From an uncultured Candidatus Saccharibacteria bacterium (GTDB lineage Bacteria > Patescibacteriota > Saccharimonadia > Saccharimonadales > SZUA-47), in assembly GCA_964536485.1 (NCBI GenBank), contig CAZHXX010000001.1, forward strand, positions 21,643 to 85,642: a stretch of DNA of 64,000 bases, read 5' to 3'. Every line of letters begins with the position of its first letter. Position 1 is the stretch's first letter. The position numbers were made by a program, and so were the translations under genes. The notes below the pieces were generated by a model. The model saw nothing but the letters and a program-made list of their open reading frames with translations. It had not been told where the DNA came from and searched no databases. This document shows, piece by piece, positions 31,969-43,078 of this stretch.

Positions 31969-34900
31969 TTACTTATCTTCTTTCTTTCTCTTTGAGAGAA
32001 TTATTACTATTCCACCTAGGCTACATCCAACAATTAATGAAAGTGCTATCGAACGCCCCGTTGAAACAAGTGACGATACAACTTTATTGTTAGTAGTTAC
32101 CTCTACCCCAATTGCCGTACTATTAGTCGTATCAGGATCATATTCATTAAGGGTCGAAGAAACCGAGTTGGTCGCTTTGCCTGCTGAGAGGACTTTTGTG
32201 CGCATAGTTATCACTACTGTCTGGCCATTTAGAAGCGTCCCTAACGGGCAGGTAATGGTCCTACTACCACTACAGAATCCTTGACTCAAGGAAGTAGATT
32301 GTAGATCAAATAGTGAAGGGAGCGTGTCAGTAATCACCACATTTGTCGCAGTATCGGGGCCGTTATTTTTTACTGTGATAGTAAAGGTGACAATATCTCC
32401 TACTGTAGCATTTGTCTTATCTGCAGTTTTTGTCAGTACAATATCTGCGGGGTCAACAAGCGTATGCTCTGAATCCTGATTATTGTCTAGATTAGGGTCT
32501 TGTTGATCGTGCACTAAGCTAGCAGTGTTGAGCTTATCGCCAGGTGTGTCGCCTGTGACGTCGATAAGGATAGTTTCAGTAGCTCCATTTGCCAAACTTG
32601 TAACAGTACACGTAACCATAGGGTCAGCATAAACACACGTCGCTGTATCAGAGCTGTAGGCTCGATACAATACGCCTTCAGGTAACGGGTCTGAGACGAC
32701 AATGTTTGTGGCATTATCTGGGCCATTGTTGGTAATGACGAGTTCGTAACTATAGTCGTGGTCGAGGTAGACAGGATCAACCGTGTCATTCTTTACTATA
32801 CTCACATCAGAAACACGAAGTGGTGTATGCTCTGTGTAACTGTTATTCGTAAGGTCAGCATCAATACCATCACCATCTGGAGAGCTTATGGTCACTATAT
32901 TTTCTAGCTCTGTGACATCGCGTGGCAAAGTCTCTGTATCGTCAGCTTGTACCGCAAAATCTATTTGCAACACCTCAAGAGGCATAACTGCTCCGCCAGC
33001 AAATGTACATGTTGTTCCTGCTAGCGAGCCATCAGCACAAGACCATCCAGCAGTTGAGTTTGTCGCATCAAACACCGTGTTCTCGGGCACGACTTCAGTT
33101 ATTGTTGTGTCGCTTACTGTTTCATTGCCATAATTTGAGTAGCTTATTTTGTAGACAATTGTATCCGTAGGATTTGCTGCTGCCACCTGATCATCTTTGC
33201 TTACTCGCACATCGACACCACTTACCGATACATCAGTACTATCTGAAGTGGCGTAATCATTAATCCCTCCAGTGCCTAAGCGTTCGCCAGTCACCGTGCC
33301 ACTCATCGACGACCAGATTGTATTTAATTGAGTAGAGAGAATATCGCCAAGAATAGCAAGACTTGGTGTCACCGAAAGTTGCGCTTCATACGTAATTGAA
33401 GGTGTCTCTCCGATAGCGAAAGAACTCTTTGTAAAGATGAGCGATTGTCCACTTTGACTGACTGACCAGCCACTCGGGAGCACTGCACTTCCTGCCACAT
33501 AGGTCATTTCACTTGGGATAACTGCAGTTACCGATAACTCGTAAGCCGTAGCAGTGCTAGCTACTGCATGAGCAACATCGATAGTAAACAGTACTGTTTC
33601 ACCAAATCGAGGTGTAGCATTATTATTGACGATAGTGCTTGTAACAACTGGTTCTTTTATAGTAAACGAGTCCGAAGAAGTTGCCGTAACCGGCGTACTA
33701 AGTTCTGGAGTGAATGAGACTTCTGCACCGTTTGTAATAACCGTAGCGTTCTGTGCACCACTTACATTAGCCACTTTTGCAGTATAAGTAATAACGATTT
33801 GAGTCCCATCATGCGCGATAGTGCCAAAATCCCACTCTACCGTCGTTGCTGAGTTGCCATCATTGTCACCTGTTACTGTCGGGGTCACCGAGCCTGTGCC
33901 CGTAATGACACTTGCGCCCGTGTAGATAAGTCCCTCCGGCAAGGTGTCGGTGACGGTAAAGTCAGCGAGGGTAGCATTAGGTGCCCCAATCGTAAGCGTG
34001 TAGTTAATAGTATCGCCGACGACTGCGGTTGTTCGACCATTATCAGTCTTCGTTATGCCAATTTCATCCATCGTAAACGTAGCGGTGTCGGTGTCTTGGC
34101 TTCCGTCGTTAAGCGTCGCTACAGCATCTGCGTAAGAACGCCCATAGCCGGTGGAGGCAAACATACTTCGCCAATCTGCATCGGCTGTATTAGTGTACGT
34201 GCTACCAGCTACGGCTGTTGAAAGTATTTCAAGCTCATAGCTACAGTGTACTGTTTCTCCTACAGGAAGAGTGCTCCCTGCCAGAGGATTTGGAGCTATA
34301 TGTAATACGCCACTAGAAACACTTTGAGATATAGCGACTGGCACGCTCACATTAGTACATACTGGAGCAGTAAGAAGACTCGTATGACTAGGGAGTGTGT
34401 CGTCTATGCTCCACTCACTCGCCGCGATCGAGCCGTCACTTGTGACATCTACTGCATAGCTCAACGTATCACCAACAACTCGTGGGTCACCACTAGCAAG
34501 TGCTTTGCTCAAAGAAAGACGAGGCTCTCGGATGGTAATATTCACCGGCCCATCATTTATGTTGGTGGTAAATGATGTATTTGGGTTGGTATAAGCAAGC
34601 GTTGCTGAGTTTGCGAGCACTTGGCCATCGTAGTTGCCTGCAACATCTAGTACCCGCGCCGTGACATTCACGATAAAGGAGTCATTGGTGAGGAGTGTGC
34701 CTGGTGTGCTTATGTTGCCAAAATCAAGGACAAGGTCTTCGCCATTCGCTCCAGGAACAGTGGCAGGTGAAACGAGAAGTGGTGGGTCGTTGACAAAAGT
34801 CCCACTAAAACCGGTCAGATCGAGACTATACGATTCGTAACGCAAGCCTGCCGGAAGTTGGTCGACAATAGTAACGTTCTGCACGACGCCTTCTGGGACT

Positions 34901-37900
34901 GTGACTAAAATTGGGTACACCACCGTTTGACCAATCGTGTAATCGGTGCCGGCTAGTGGAGCCTGCTTATCTATGGAAGGTGTTCCAAGTGTTGTATTGA
35001 CCGAACTGTTAGAGCTGTAGCTTTCTTCGCCTGTGGTCGCATTGGTAGCGCCAGGAGTAGAAGAGCCCGTTGCATTAGAGGTAGTCCCATTTGCACCCGG
35101 CAAAGAAGTTGTTGTTACACTCCCCGTGTTTGGCACGATAAAGTTAGCCGGCGCCGTATTCTTTACGGTGGCATTTATTCTGAAACTTACGCTGTCACCT
35201 GGATCAATGCGGGAGATAATTGCCGACACATTTTGCCCAGCTGTTGCAGAACTGTCGAGGGTTGCATAACCAGGGAGCGAAATATTACTAATTGAGTCAA
35301 ATTGCAGGTGCGTATTAAGCGTGTCGGTAAAGGCCCATTCATACCCACTCTCGACATTTGTGCCTGACGTGTTGGTTATCGTAATGGTATAGACAACTGG
35401 ATCTCCTGCGTCGACCGGGGCTGTCGTCACTACCTTTGAAATGGCTACTTGAGGCTCTTGAACTGTAACCCCGCTGTTTGCGCTCGTCGTGCCAGTTATA
35501 GCAGCACCATTGATGCGAGTCGAGAAGTTGTTATTAAGAATGGTTCCCCGAGTATTTGATGACTCATTACGTATCAATGCATTAAATTCAACCACTATAT
35601 ATTCAAAGTTAGCATCGTTATCAGTATTTGTAATAGTACCGAAGTTAAAGTCTACGTCAGTCCCGTTTACGTTTGCCCCTGCAGAGATTGCTCCACCCGT
35701 AAGAACATAGGTCGGCACGACTCCTGATACAGTTGTCTCGTCGCCAATGGAATTGAGGCTTGGGTCGGTAAGAGTTGAGGAAGTAAAGCTTGAGGAGTAG
35801 ACAAAAGATGCTTTTGTCGTGCCATCATTCATATAGCTCATGCCGTTAGGGATAGCGTCGCGGAGAACATAGTTTGTCTGCGTCCCCTCTGGTATACGTG
35901 AGACCAAACGGTATCGTACAATTTCACCAATAGCTACTCCACTGCCGGATGTGTGAGCTTCGCTGGTTGAGACTTGTGTTTTTGTATTTGAGACATTGGT
36001 GATAGTGAGGTTAGCGGTAGAGGTCGTTGTGTAATCATTCTCGGTTGTTCCACAATCTGCGGTATTCCCTGTGCGTTCACATCCAAGTGCATTGTACGTC
36101 GTCAGACCCGAAGGAGTACCAAGCATACTCGTAAATTTGCTTGTTGCGGTGTTTGGCTGAGTTGAGTTTGCTTGTACTGTCTGCTTTACACGAACATCAA
36201 ATCGAACAGTAGACGTCTGTCCGGGGTTTAACTGGTCGTAGTTAAATGTAACAACTCCACCAATTTCACCAGAGCTTGTTGGAGAAACTCCGCTCACATA
36301 GGATATATTCCCCACATAATCAAAACCAGATCCGGTAAGCGTATCAGTCGTAACGACATTATACGCAGGGCTGTAGTTTGAGCCAGATGTGGCACTTATA
36401 ACAAGTTGCACAGTCTTTACATCATCAGCATCACCGCCAGCCACAGTAAAGGTTTTTGTTGTCGTTACCGCAGGTTCTTGAATAATAACAGGGCTGGAAG
36501 TAACGGAAGCTGTCGACGTCGTATCCCAAGTAAGCGTTGCACTATTAGTTCTCGAGTTACCCCGTGCACATGCCGATGAGTTTACTGCTACCGCACGATA
36601 TACGAGAGTTATGGTCTCATCGACACCATTTGAGCTGTTTGTATTGGCAATGTCACCAAAGTCTAAAGTAAATTGTCTGCCGTTATTTGACGCACCGCCC
36701 CCAACATTTGCCACGCTCACCGCTCCCAATACAGTTGCAAAACTACCATTTGTCGCAGTGACATTACTACTTGCGGTCAGACTATCGAAGCCGGTAACTG
36801 CAAGACATGCGTCCATTGTATCTACAAGAGTTGCTCCAGTTAACTTTCCTTCCGGAACGGTAGTGGTCAGCGTGTAAGTAATCTCTTCCCCGACAGCAAC
36901 ATTATTCCCGCTAGTGTCTGCGTTATTAGTAGAGGTCACTACTTTCGTAAGTGTAGGTGAGGCTAGTGTCACATCTGCGCTATCTTGATAGCTCGCCTGA
37001 TTATTCATGTAGTTAACACCTGCTGGCTTTGCAGTAAACTTCGTAATCTGAGCATTGTTGGTGTAGGTTTGATTCAGTTCCGCGGTTGAGGCAATTTGCA
37101 AGTCATACGTGATAATAATAATATTTGTTCCGCTAGCAGAGAGACCGTCGTTTATTGCTGGCGTGAGTTCAATACCTTGATCAAATAAACCACTCCCACC
37201 TCCGACATTCGTGTAAGCCACAGAACTTCCTGTGCCGTTACTTACGTTAAGATTGATGCCGCCGCCAGGAACAGTAAACCCTGCAGGCATTGTATCCTTA
37301 ATACGCGTCTCGTAAGAGTCGCCCTTACCACTATTCTCGACAGCAACAGCAAACGTCACCACGTCGCCTGCATCGAGACCACTTACATCACTATGCACTG
37401 GGGTGCTAGCAAGCGTAGCACTGCTTACGGTCCCAGAAAATCTTACCCCTGCTGTCCCAGGAGCAGAAATACCAAATGGGAACGATGGAATTGGGCTGTA
37501 GAGATCATTAGTATTATCGCTGTTTACAGCCCCTTTCGTTATAGAGAGCTCAGGGATCTCAAGCTCAATCTGCTGGACAGAATTGCTCGCAAAACTTGTC
37601 TGGATATTGTTCTCTGTTACAGTTGCTTGGTTGGTTATGTAGAGACCCGGCGCATAAGCCGCATCATTTATCGTCACGGTAAACAAAATATCTATCGTAC
37701 GGGAGATGTTTGAAGGGTCATGCGTAGCTGCCCACTCAAAACGTGCAACATTACCAGCTTGAGTAGAGAGGGTTGGCGCCGTTAAAAGATAAGAATAGAG
37801 AGTTTCATTTGTGCCAAAATTTGCTTCACCAGCGGCCGGAATTGTCCCAAGGGGATCTGTTGCGTTAAACGTCGTAAGTTCTGCTGAGCTAAACATTGGC

Positions 37901-39696
37901 AACGGCAAGTAGTCATCCATTCGGATAGAGCTAAAGTCGGTGCTTGGAACCGCATACTGAAGCCGGTAGGTCACTTCATCCCCTGGCTGTAAACGAGGAG
38001 GGAGTGTTGTTGACCCATTCACGGCATAGATAGTCTTTGTAAAGTTCCCGCTAACAATAGTGAGCGATGCTGAGCTGCTGTCGTTAGCTGAGACAGCAGT
38101 AGATGCTAAGGTCGTAGGAGTAAGCTTTGTAGCATTTGAATAAATTGAGTTACTAATGGTGTCTTTGTGCTCTACTCTATCTCCATCACTATAGCTATCA
38201 TTGATAGTCGCTCTAAACGTTGTACGTATTCTTGTACGTCCGTCATTATGCGTAGAGCAATTTGGATCAATCCCTACTCCCGTGCCACCACTCTGAACAC
38301 ATCCACCTCTTATGGTGCCTTCACTACTCAAATCCCAGTCGATGTATACTTCCCCAGGCCCTGGGCCAGCCGAAGTTGTTGGCGTAACGGAGCTTGTGTA
38401 AGTACTTCCGTTAGCGATGATACTCACCTGGGATGAGCCAGGAACATATGTCAGACCATCTGGCAATGTATCGGTAAGCCCCATAGAAGTAACGACTTGA
38501 TAATCCCCTACATACGTGTCAATAGTGTACTGAACAGTGTCTCCCGGAGAATAGCCAGAGGCATTTGTATCGCTATACATTGAGACTGTCTTTTGGGCTA
38601 CAAGAGGCTTGATTTCAAGGTTATTATCAAGTGAGGCAGTTGAAGGAGAAAGTGCTATAGAGTTATAGACACCGTTTGCTGTAGCGGTGTTTGCTACTGA
38701 GACGTATCCGCCTGCGGTTTCGTCGAGTATCTTTGTGCTTGTCTGGATATTCCGATAGGGTGCCTCAAAACGTATAGTAAGTACCGCATCGCTTGAGCCT
38801 GAACCTCCTGTCACAGAAGCCCATGTAGCAGAGACGCTATTGCCGACAAGACTTGTGCTCGTTGGCGTTGGACTTGTTGACTCAATACCAGTTACTAATA
38901 AATTATTGTTAATGACATCAGATAAGACCAGATTTGTTACCGTTGCTCCGTTCGCCACATCCGCAGTAATACGGAAAAGCTGGGAGTTATTTGGGCCAGG
39001 TGCAATCTCGTGCTCACTTGCCCCTTTTAGATAATCAGCAACGTACTGCTTTGTCAGTCTAATCACGGAAGGCGTTACATTGGTTGTGGTGAGCCCACCA
39101 GTAAAACTTGGATCAGTTGTCGGGTTATCTAGAGCGTCGGTTCCTAGATAAAATCCACCTTGTGAGCGAATTGTTTCAGCCACTCCTATAGATGCTGCTG
39201 AGTCCATGTGAGCCGAGACAACAATGTCTGCGACTGTTTGTGTATCGACGAAAGAACCAAAAGGAAGCTTTACTGCGTAGAGTCGTACATTCGTCCCTGG
39301 GTTTGGGCTTAAGCAAACGGTCTCAAGTGCACCTGTGTTATCACGCGCAAAAGGATGCGTCACACACGAAGGATCGCCAGCTGGAAAAACACCACCAGAC
39401 TCATATGAGAGTGAAGTCCCTAGATGGGTCATAGAGTTTATAGTCACATGTTCTGGCACAATTACATCAACGTACGGCCCATATCCAACGCTGTTTCCTG
39501 TATTATCGAAGCGTACCGTAAAACTAAAGTCCTCACCAACAAACGGCGAAGACTGTGTGTCTTGAAAAGAAACTAAGGGGATAGGAGCTGCAAAGAGTTT
39601 ATCTTTTCCGTAAAAACTCAGTATGGCAACTACCGTGACTATACCAAGCAAAGCTACTCGCTTGGAGGTTTTAATTCCCCTCACATTTATCTCCAT
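31969..39696 (-). CDS. giant (2575 aa) DUF11-repeat surface protein with a sortase-type anchor
   Basis: N-terminal signal/TM segment. Many Ig-like repeats with the DUF11 signature (e.g. ITNNGPDNATNIVVSDPLPEG and VKNNGPDTATNVVITDTLP). C-terminal LVSTG (32056-32070) followed by a TM helix and KRKKEDK. Confidence 0.85.
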   Translation of the reverse strand: MEINVRGIKTSKRVALLGIVTVVAILSFYGKDKLFAAPIPLVSFQDTQSSPFVGEDFSFTVRFDNTGNSVGYGPYVDVIVPEHVTINSMTHLGTSLSYESGGVFPAGDPSCVTHPFARDNTGALETVCLSPNPGTNVRLYAVKLPFGSFVDTQTVADIVVSAHMDSAASIGVAETIRSQGGFYLGTDALDNPTTDPSFTGGLTTTNVTPSVIRLTKQYVADYLKGASEHEIAPGPNNSQLFRITADVANGATVTNLVLSDVINNNLLVTGIESTSPTPTSTSLVGNSVSATWASVTGGSGSSDAVLTIRFEAPYRNIQTSTKILDETAGGYVSVANTATANGVYNSIALSPSTASLDNNLEIKPLVAQKTVSMYSDTNASGYSPGDTVQYTIDTYVGDYQVVTSMGLTDTLPDGLTYVPGSSQVSIIANGSTYTSSVTPTTSAGPGPGEVYIDWDLSSEGTIRGGCVQSGGTGVGIDPNCSTHNDGRTRIRTTFRATINDSYSDGDRVEHKDTISNSIYSNATKLTPTTLASTAVSANDSSSASLTIVSGNFTKTIYAVNGSTTLPPRLQPGDEVTYRLQYAVPSTDFSSIRMDDYLPLPMFSSAELTTFNATDPLGTIPAAGEANFGTNETLYSYLLTAPTLSTQAGNVARFEWAATHDPSNISRTIDILFTVTINDAAYAPGLYITNQATVTENNIQTSFASNSVQQIELEIPELSITKGAVNSDNTNDLYSPIPSFPFGISAPGTAGVRFSGTVSSATLASTPVHSDVSGLDAGDVVTFAVAVENSGKGDSYETRIKDTMPAGFTVPGGGINLNVSNGTGSSVAYTNVGGGSGLFDQGIELTPAINDGLSASGTNIIIITYDLQIASTAELNQTYTNNAQITKFTAKPAGVNYMNNQASYQDSADVTLASPTLTKVVTSTNNADTSGNNVAVGEEITYTLTTTVPEGKLTGATLVDTMDACLAVTGFDSLTASSNVTATNGSFATVLGAVSVANVGGGASNNGRQFTLDFGDIANTNSSNGVDETITLVYRAVAVNSSACARGNSRTNSATLTWDTTSTASVTSSPVIIQEPAVTTTKTFTVAGGDADDVKTVQLVISATSGSNYSPAYNVVTTDTLTGSGFDYVGNISYVSGVSPTSSGEIGGVVTFNYDQLNPGQTSTVRFDVRVKQTVQANSTQPNTATSKFTSMLGTPSGLTTYNALGCERTGNTADCGTTENDYTTTSTANLTITNVSNTKTQVSTSEAHTSGSGVAIGEIVRYRLVSRIPEGTQTNYVLRDAIPNGMSYMNDGTTKASFVYSSSFTSSTLTDPSLNSIGDETTVSGVVPTYVLTGGAISAGANVNGTDVDFNFGTITNTDNDANFEYIVVEFNALIRNESSNTRGTILNNNFSTRINGAAITGTTSANSGVTVQEPQVAISKVVTTAPVDAGDPVVYTITITNTSGTNVESGYEWAFTDTLNTHLQFDSISNISLPGYATLDSSATAGQNVSAIISRIDPGDSVSFRINATVKNTAPANFIVPNTGSVTTTSLPGANGTTSNATGSSTPGATNATTGEESYSSNSSVNTTLGTPSIDKQAPLAGTDYTIGQTVVYPILVTVPEGVVQNVTIVDQLPAGLRYESYSLDLTGFSGTFVNDPPLLVSPATVPGANGEDLVLDFGNISTPGTLLTNDSFIVNVTARVLDVAGNYDGQVLANSATLAYTNPNTSFTTNINDGPVNITIREPRLSLSKALASGDPRVVGDTLSYAVDVTSDGSIAASEWSIDDTLPSHTSLLTAPVCTNVSVPVAISQSVSSGVLHIAPNPLAGSTLPVGETVHCSYELEILSTAVAGSTYTNTADADWRSMFASTGYGRSYADAVATLNDGSQDTDTATFTMDEIGITKTDNGRTTAVVGDTINYTLTIGAPNATLADFTVTDTLPEGLIYTGASVITGTGSVTPTVTGDNDGNSATTVEWDFGTIAHDGTQIVITYTAKVANVSGAQNATVITNGAEVSFTPELSTPVTATSSDSFTIKEPVVTSTIVNNNATPRFGETVLFTIDVAHAVASTATAYELSVTAVIPSEMTYVAGSAVLPSGWSVSQSGQSLIFTKSSFAIGETPSITYEAQLSVTPSLAILGDILSTQLNTIWSSMSGTVTGERLGTGGINDYATSDSTDVSVSGVDVRVSKDDQVAAANPTDTIVYKISYSNYGNETVSDTTITEVVPENTVFDATNSTAGWSCADGSLAGTTCTFAGGAVMPLEVLQIDFAVQADDTETLPRDVTELENIVTISSPDGDGIDADLTNNSYTEHTPLRVSDVSIVKNDTVDPVYLDHDYSYELVITNNGPDNATNIVVSDPLPEGVLYRAYSSDTATCVYADPMVTCTVTSLANGATETILIDVTGDTPGDKLNTASLVHDQQDPNLDNNQDSEHTLVDPADIVLTKTADKTNATVGDIVTFTITVKNNGPDTATNVVITDTLPSLFDLQSTSLSQGFCSGSRTITCPLGTLLNGQTVVITMRTKVLSAGKATNSVSSTLNEYDPDTTNSTAIGVEVTTNNKVVSSLVSTGRSIALSLIVGCSLGGIVIILSKRKKEDK

Positions 39697-39752
39697 TTTC
39701 TTGAGATAAGTATAACCAATATATCTTTTGCTACAAAACGGTTTATGTATTT

Positions 39753-41345
39753 TTAATGATTTGAACGGACAATATGGTCTTTTGCGTACTCAAATGTTCC
39801 GCCCACCTTTTTACCAGGGTTAAAAATATTGAGTGGGTCAAACAGCTCTTTTACTTTTGCCATGAGTGTATACATCTCTGGCCCAAAGAATTGCTCTAGA
39901 TAGGGAGTCCTGATGATACCATCATTGTGATCAACGCTTATTGAGCCGCCAAAAGCTATAACAAGGTCATTTACTTTTGTTTCAAGCATCAAGACTATAT
40001 CAGCCGCTCCTTCTGCCTCCATATTTATTAATGGAACGAGTCGAATGCTTCCATCACCAATATGCCCAGCATAGGTGTAGACGAGATTATATTCGCTTAG
40101 GATAGCTTCAAGTGCTGCCAAAAACTCCCCATAATGTTCAAGTGGGACAATCGTATCTTCTAAGAAAGCCATGGCTCGCATATCTGGTCGTGGGTGTTCA
40201 AGCAACATTCGGAAGCTCTTGCGTCGAATCAAAAGGAAGCTTTCTAGCACCGCCTGGTCATCGACCCACAGTACTTCTCTCCCCATCTGCTCAAGTGCTT
40301 CTTTAGCTTTTCCTGTGGCTGTATCGGCTTGCTCCTGTGAATCACCATCAAATACTGCCAAAACAACCATATGTTTACCGCGTGCAAGGTTAGCACGCTC
40401 TGCATCTTCAGGATGATATTGTTCTGCCAGCTCGTACGTGTGGTGGTCAAATGTCTCGCACGTAACAGGATGATGTGCCATGAGCTCCTTCACCACAGGT
40501 GTTAGTTCACTTAATGTCTGTATAGGAACCACTATCATACGGTTAGCCTTCGGTAGTGGCACAAGCTTAAGCTCTGCTTCTGTCACTATCCCGAGTGTCC
40601 CCTGGGAACCAATAAACAGTCGGGCCATATTAAAATGAGCGCGTTGTTTGTCCCAAAGTTCCCAAAGTGGATAGCCCGCTGCGTTCTTAATAGTCCGTGG
40701 ATGATTGCGATCAATCAGATTCCAGTTTTCATCAATTAGCCGAGTTACTTCACGGTAGAGCTTGCCTTCAAAGCTTGGCAAATGCTTCTTTTGCTCCACC
40801 TGGCGAGCAGTAAGAGGACCAAATTCGTATATCTCACCATCGCTGAGCATAACTTTTAGTTTTTTTACGTTATCACTCGTTGGGCCATATTTTACTGACT
40901 TTTCACCAGAAGCGTTGTTACCAATCATGCCACCTATTCCACAAATATCACGCGAAGATGTATATGGAGCAAAAAACAGCCCAGCCTCTTTTGCCTTGCT
41001 TTCGGCATCGATGTGCATAACACCACCTTGCACCCACATAGTACGACCCGCTGTATCAACCGCTCCTATGTGATTAAAATATCGACTCATGCTCACGACA
41101 TAGCTTTCTGTTAATGGACCACCCGACATACATGTTCCGCCGTTTCTTGCAGTGATTGAAACATCCGCACCTTCCATTTTTCGCTCAGTAATGTAGTGTA
41201 CAAGCTTGCTGAGGTCTGCATCGTTCTTCGGAGAGATAACAGCAGAAGGAGTTACCTCAAATATAGAAGCATCATGGCTATACGCCTTCAATGCAGCGCT
41301 TGATATGTCGACATCACCACGTAGTACTTTTTTTAGATCTTCCAT
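39753..41345 (-). CDS. FAD-linked oxidase (GlcD / D-lactate dehydrogenase-like)
   Basis: 530 aa with a PCMH-type FAD-binding N-domain (ARNGGTCMSGG...GGMIGNNASG) and a C-terminal FAD-oxidase domain. Confidence 0.85.
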   Translation of the reverse strand: MEDLKKVLRGDVDISSAALKAYSHDASIFEVTPSAVISPKNDADLSKLVHYITERKMEGADVSITARNGGTCMSGGPLTESYVVSMSRYFNHIGAVDTAGRTMWVQGGVMHIDAESKAKEAGLFFAPYTSSRDICGIGGMIGNNASGEKSVKYGPTSDNVKKLKVMLSDGEIYEFGPLTARQVEQKKHLPSFEGKLYREVTRLIDENWNLIDRNHPRTIKNAAGYPLWELWDKQRAHFNMARLFIGSQGTLGIVTEAELKLVPLPKANRMIVVPIQTLSELTPVVKELMAHHPVTCETFDHHTYELAEQYHPEDAERANLARGKHMVVLAVFDGDSQEQADTATGKAKEALEQMGREVLWVDDQAVLESFLLIRRKSFRMLLEHPRPDMRAMAFLEDTIVPLEHYGEFLAALEAILSEYNLVYTYAGHIGDGSIRLVPLINMEAEGAADIVLMLETKVNDLVIAFGGSISVDHNDGIIRTPYLEQFFGPEMYTLMAKVKELFDPLNIFNPGKKVGGTFEYAKDHIVRSNH

Positions 41346-41388
41346 TTTTATGCTCCTATAGCGCTTATGGTATTATTCTACTATTGAT

Positions 41389-42576
41389 ATGAGCAGTGCA
41401 CAAACACAAAAGAAACATATTATTGCAGTTGGTGGTGGATTTGCCAGCGTGAAGCTCGCTTTAGAGCTCGCCAATCATCCCGACTACGACGTGACCCTTA
41501 TTTCTCCGCATGACCAATTGGAGTACCACGGCGCCCTCTATAGAAGTGCGACGGGCCGGTCGCCACTTGAAGTCGTCCTTCCGTTTCGTGAAATTTTTGC
41601 AGGAACGAATGTCACTATTGTGAATGATTATGTAACTGAACTACGTGCACAGACTAAAGAAATAAGGGGTCAAAGTGGTCGCACCTATTCCTATGACGCA
41701 ATCGTTCTTGGCTTAGGATACGAAATAGAATACTACGGTATACGCGGCATGCGAGAGCACGCTCAGTCAATCTACACCATTTTTGACACGATAAAGTTAC
41801 GCAACACTATGCGTGACAAATTCATTGAGAAGCAAGGGCAAAAATTAAATATTGTTATGGTCGGTGCTGGTCCTACAGGAGTCGAAGTTGCGAGCGATAT
41901 TGCGTTCTTTACGCATGTCGTTGCACAACGCTACAACATCCAGCCTGTTGTCCCTACCGTCACCATTCTAGATCGTGCTCCTCGAATTCTGCCTACGCTC
42001 CTTCCAGAAGTTTCTGAGATAGCAACAAAACGGCTCGAAGAACTTGGCGTAATGACTCAACTTGGCGTCGAAGTTGACCATTGCGCTGCAAAACATATCT
42101 CTCTCAAAGACGGCCAAGTTATCCCTGCAGATGTCATTGTTTGGTCAGCCGGTAGCCGCGCAAACTCATTCTTTGAAAGGTATCCAGACATATTTTCACT
42201 CGATGCAAAAAAGAGAGTTATCGTTAATGAATTCTTGCAAGCTAACAGCCCAGACATTTATGTCCTTGGCGACTCAGCATCGACCAAGTATTCCGGCATG
42301 GCGCAAACTGCAATCACCGATGCCGTCCAGCTAGCAGAGAATTTTAAGCGACTAGCGTGTAACGAACAGCTGCTTGAATATACTGAGAGCCAGCCGATTT
42401 ACGTTGTGCCTATTGGGCTTGCATGGGCTGTTGCACAAGTTGGCGATAAAATTAGTATTGACGATGAAGGATGGAAAATACGCCGTGATGCCGACTATTT
42501 CGTACTATCCAACTTTCTTCCTGATGCAAAAGCAAAAGAACACTGGGAAGCTGCCTTTCAAATCGCGCAAATCTAG
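41389..42576 (+). CDS. ndh: type II NADH dehydrogenase-like FAD/NAD(P) oxidoreductase
   Basis: Two dinucleotide-binding motifs (IIAVGGGFAS and IVMVGAGPTGVE) plus a GD motif (YVLGDSA). Confidence 0.8.
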   Translation: MSSAQTQKKHIIAVGGGFASVKLALELANHPDYDVTLISPHDQLEYHGALYRSATGRSPLEVVLPFREIFAGTNVTIVNDYVTELRAQTKEIRGQSGRTYSYDAIVLGLGYEIEYYGIRGMREHAQSIYTIFDTIKLRNTMRDKFIEKQGQKLNIVMVGAGPTGVEVASDIAFFTHVVAQRYNIQPVVPTVTILDRAPRILPTLLPEVSEIATKRLEELGVMTQLGVEVDHCAAKHISLKDGQVIPADVIVWSAGSRANSFFERYPDIFSLDAKKRVIVNEFLQANSPDIYVLGDSASTKYSGMAQTAITDAVQLAENFKRLACNEQLLEYTESQPIYVVPIGLAWAVAQVGDKISIDDEGWKIRRDADYFVLSNFLPDAKAKEHWEAAFQIAQI

Positions 42577-42652
42577 CACTCAAAAAAATTATCAACAAAA
42601 ATTCTTTTCTAAATAGAAAAATAACCTACACTATATTTATAAGGAGAATAAA

Positions 42653-43072
42653 ATGAGTAGTGATGTCATGACGGTTATAGTAGCAACAGTTGCAATGTTT
42701 GCGGTTGGGGGCGCCTGGTATATGGGATTGTTCGCAAAACAATGGGGCGAAATGTTTGACTTCGATAAGCTAAGCAAAAAAGAACAAAAAGCGATGCAAG
42801 CAAAGATGGGGCCATTTTATGCTATCCAAGTGCTGGTTACTGTCTTTAGCGCGTTCTCTCTTGCAAAATTACACACCCTACTTCCTGACTATTCAGTCTA
42901 CACGCTTGCCTTCCTCTTGTGGTTTGGTTTTGTGCTACCTGCGCAAGTCTCGGCAGTTATCTTCGGTGGGGTAGAGCCAAAGTGGATTCCCCGCCGTATC
43001 ACTCTCATGGCTGGCGAGGCACTTGCTCACCTCCTTTTTGCGAGTTGGATAATACAACTGATGGAGAAATAA
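42653..43072 (+). CDS. DUF1761 membrane protein
   Basis: 139 aa with 4 TM helices and GGAWYMGLFAKQW. AAGGAG SD upstream. Confidence 0.65.
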   Translation: MSSDVMTVIVATVAMFAVGGAWYMGLFAKQWGEMFDFDKLSKKEQKAMQAKMGPFYAIQVLVTVFSAFSLAKLHTLLPDYSVYTLAFLLWFGFVLPAQVSAVIFGGVEPKWIPRRITLMAGEALAHLLFASWIIQLMEK

Positions 43073-43078
43073 CCCGAA

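Noticed and set aside
32087-39565. Many 60-140-aa ORFs in the track that are nested or antisense within long genes. Examples lie inside the 2575-aa gene, uppP (9727..10134, 9769..10125), rtcB (22641..23084), comEC and ugd.
   Set aside because: They lie fully inside or antisense to genes with strong family signatures. They have biased, low-complexity or Cys/Arg/Ser-rich compositions. They lack promoters and SD sequences. I treat them as spurious.
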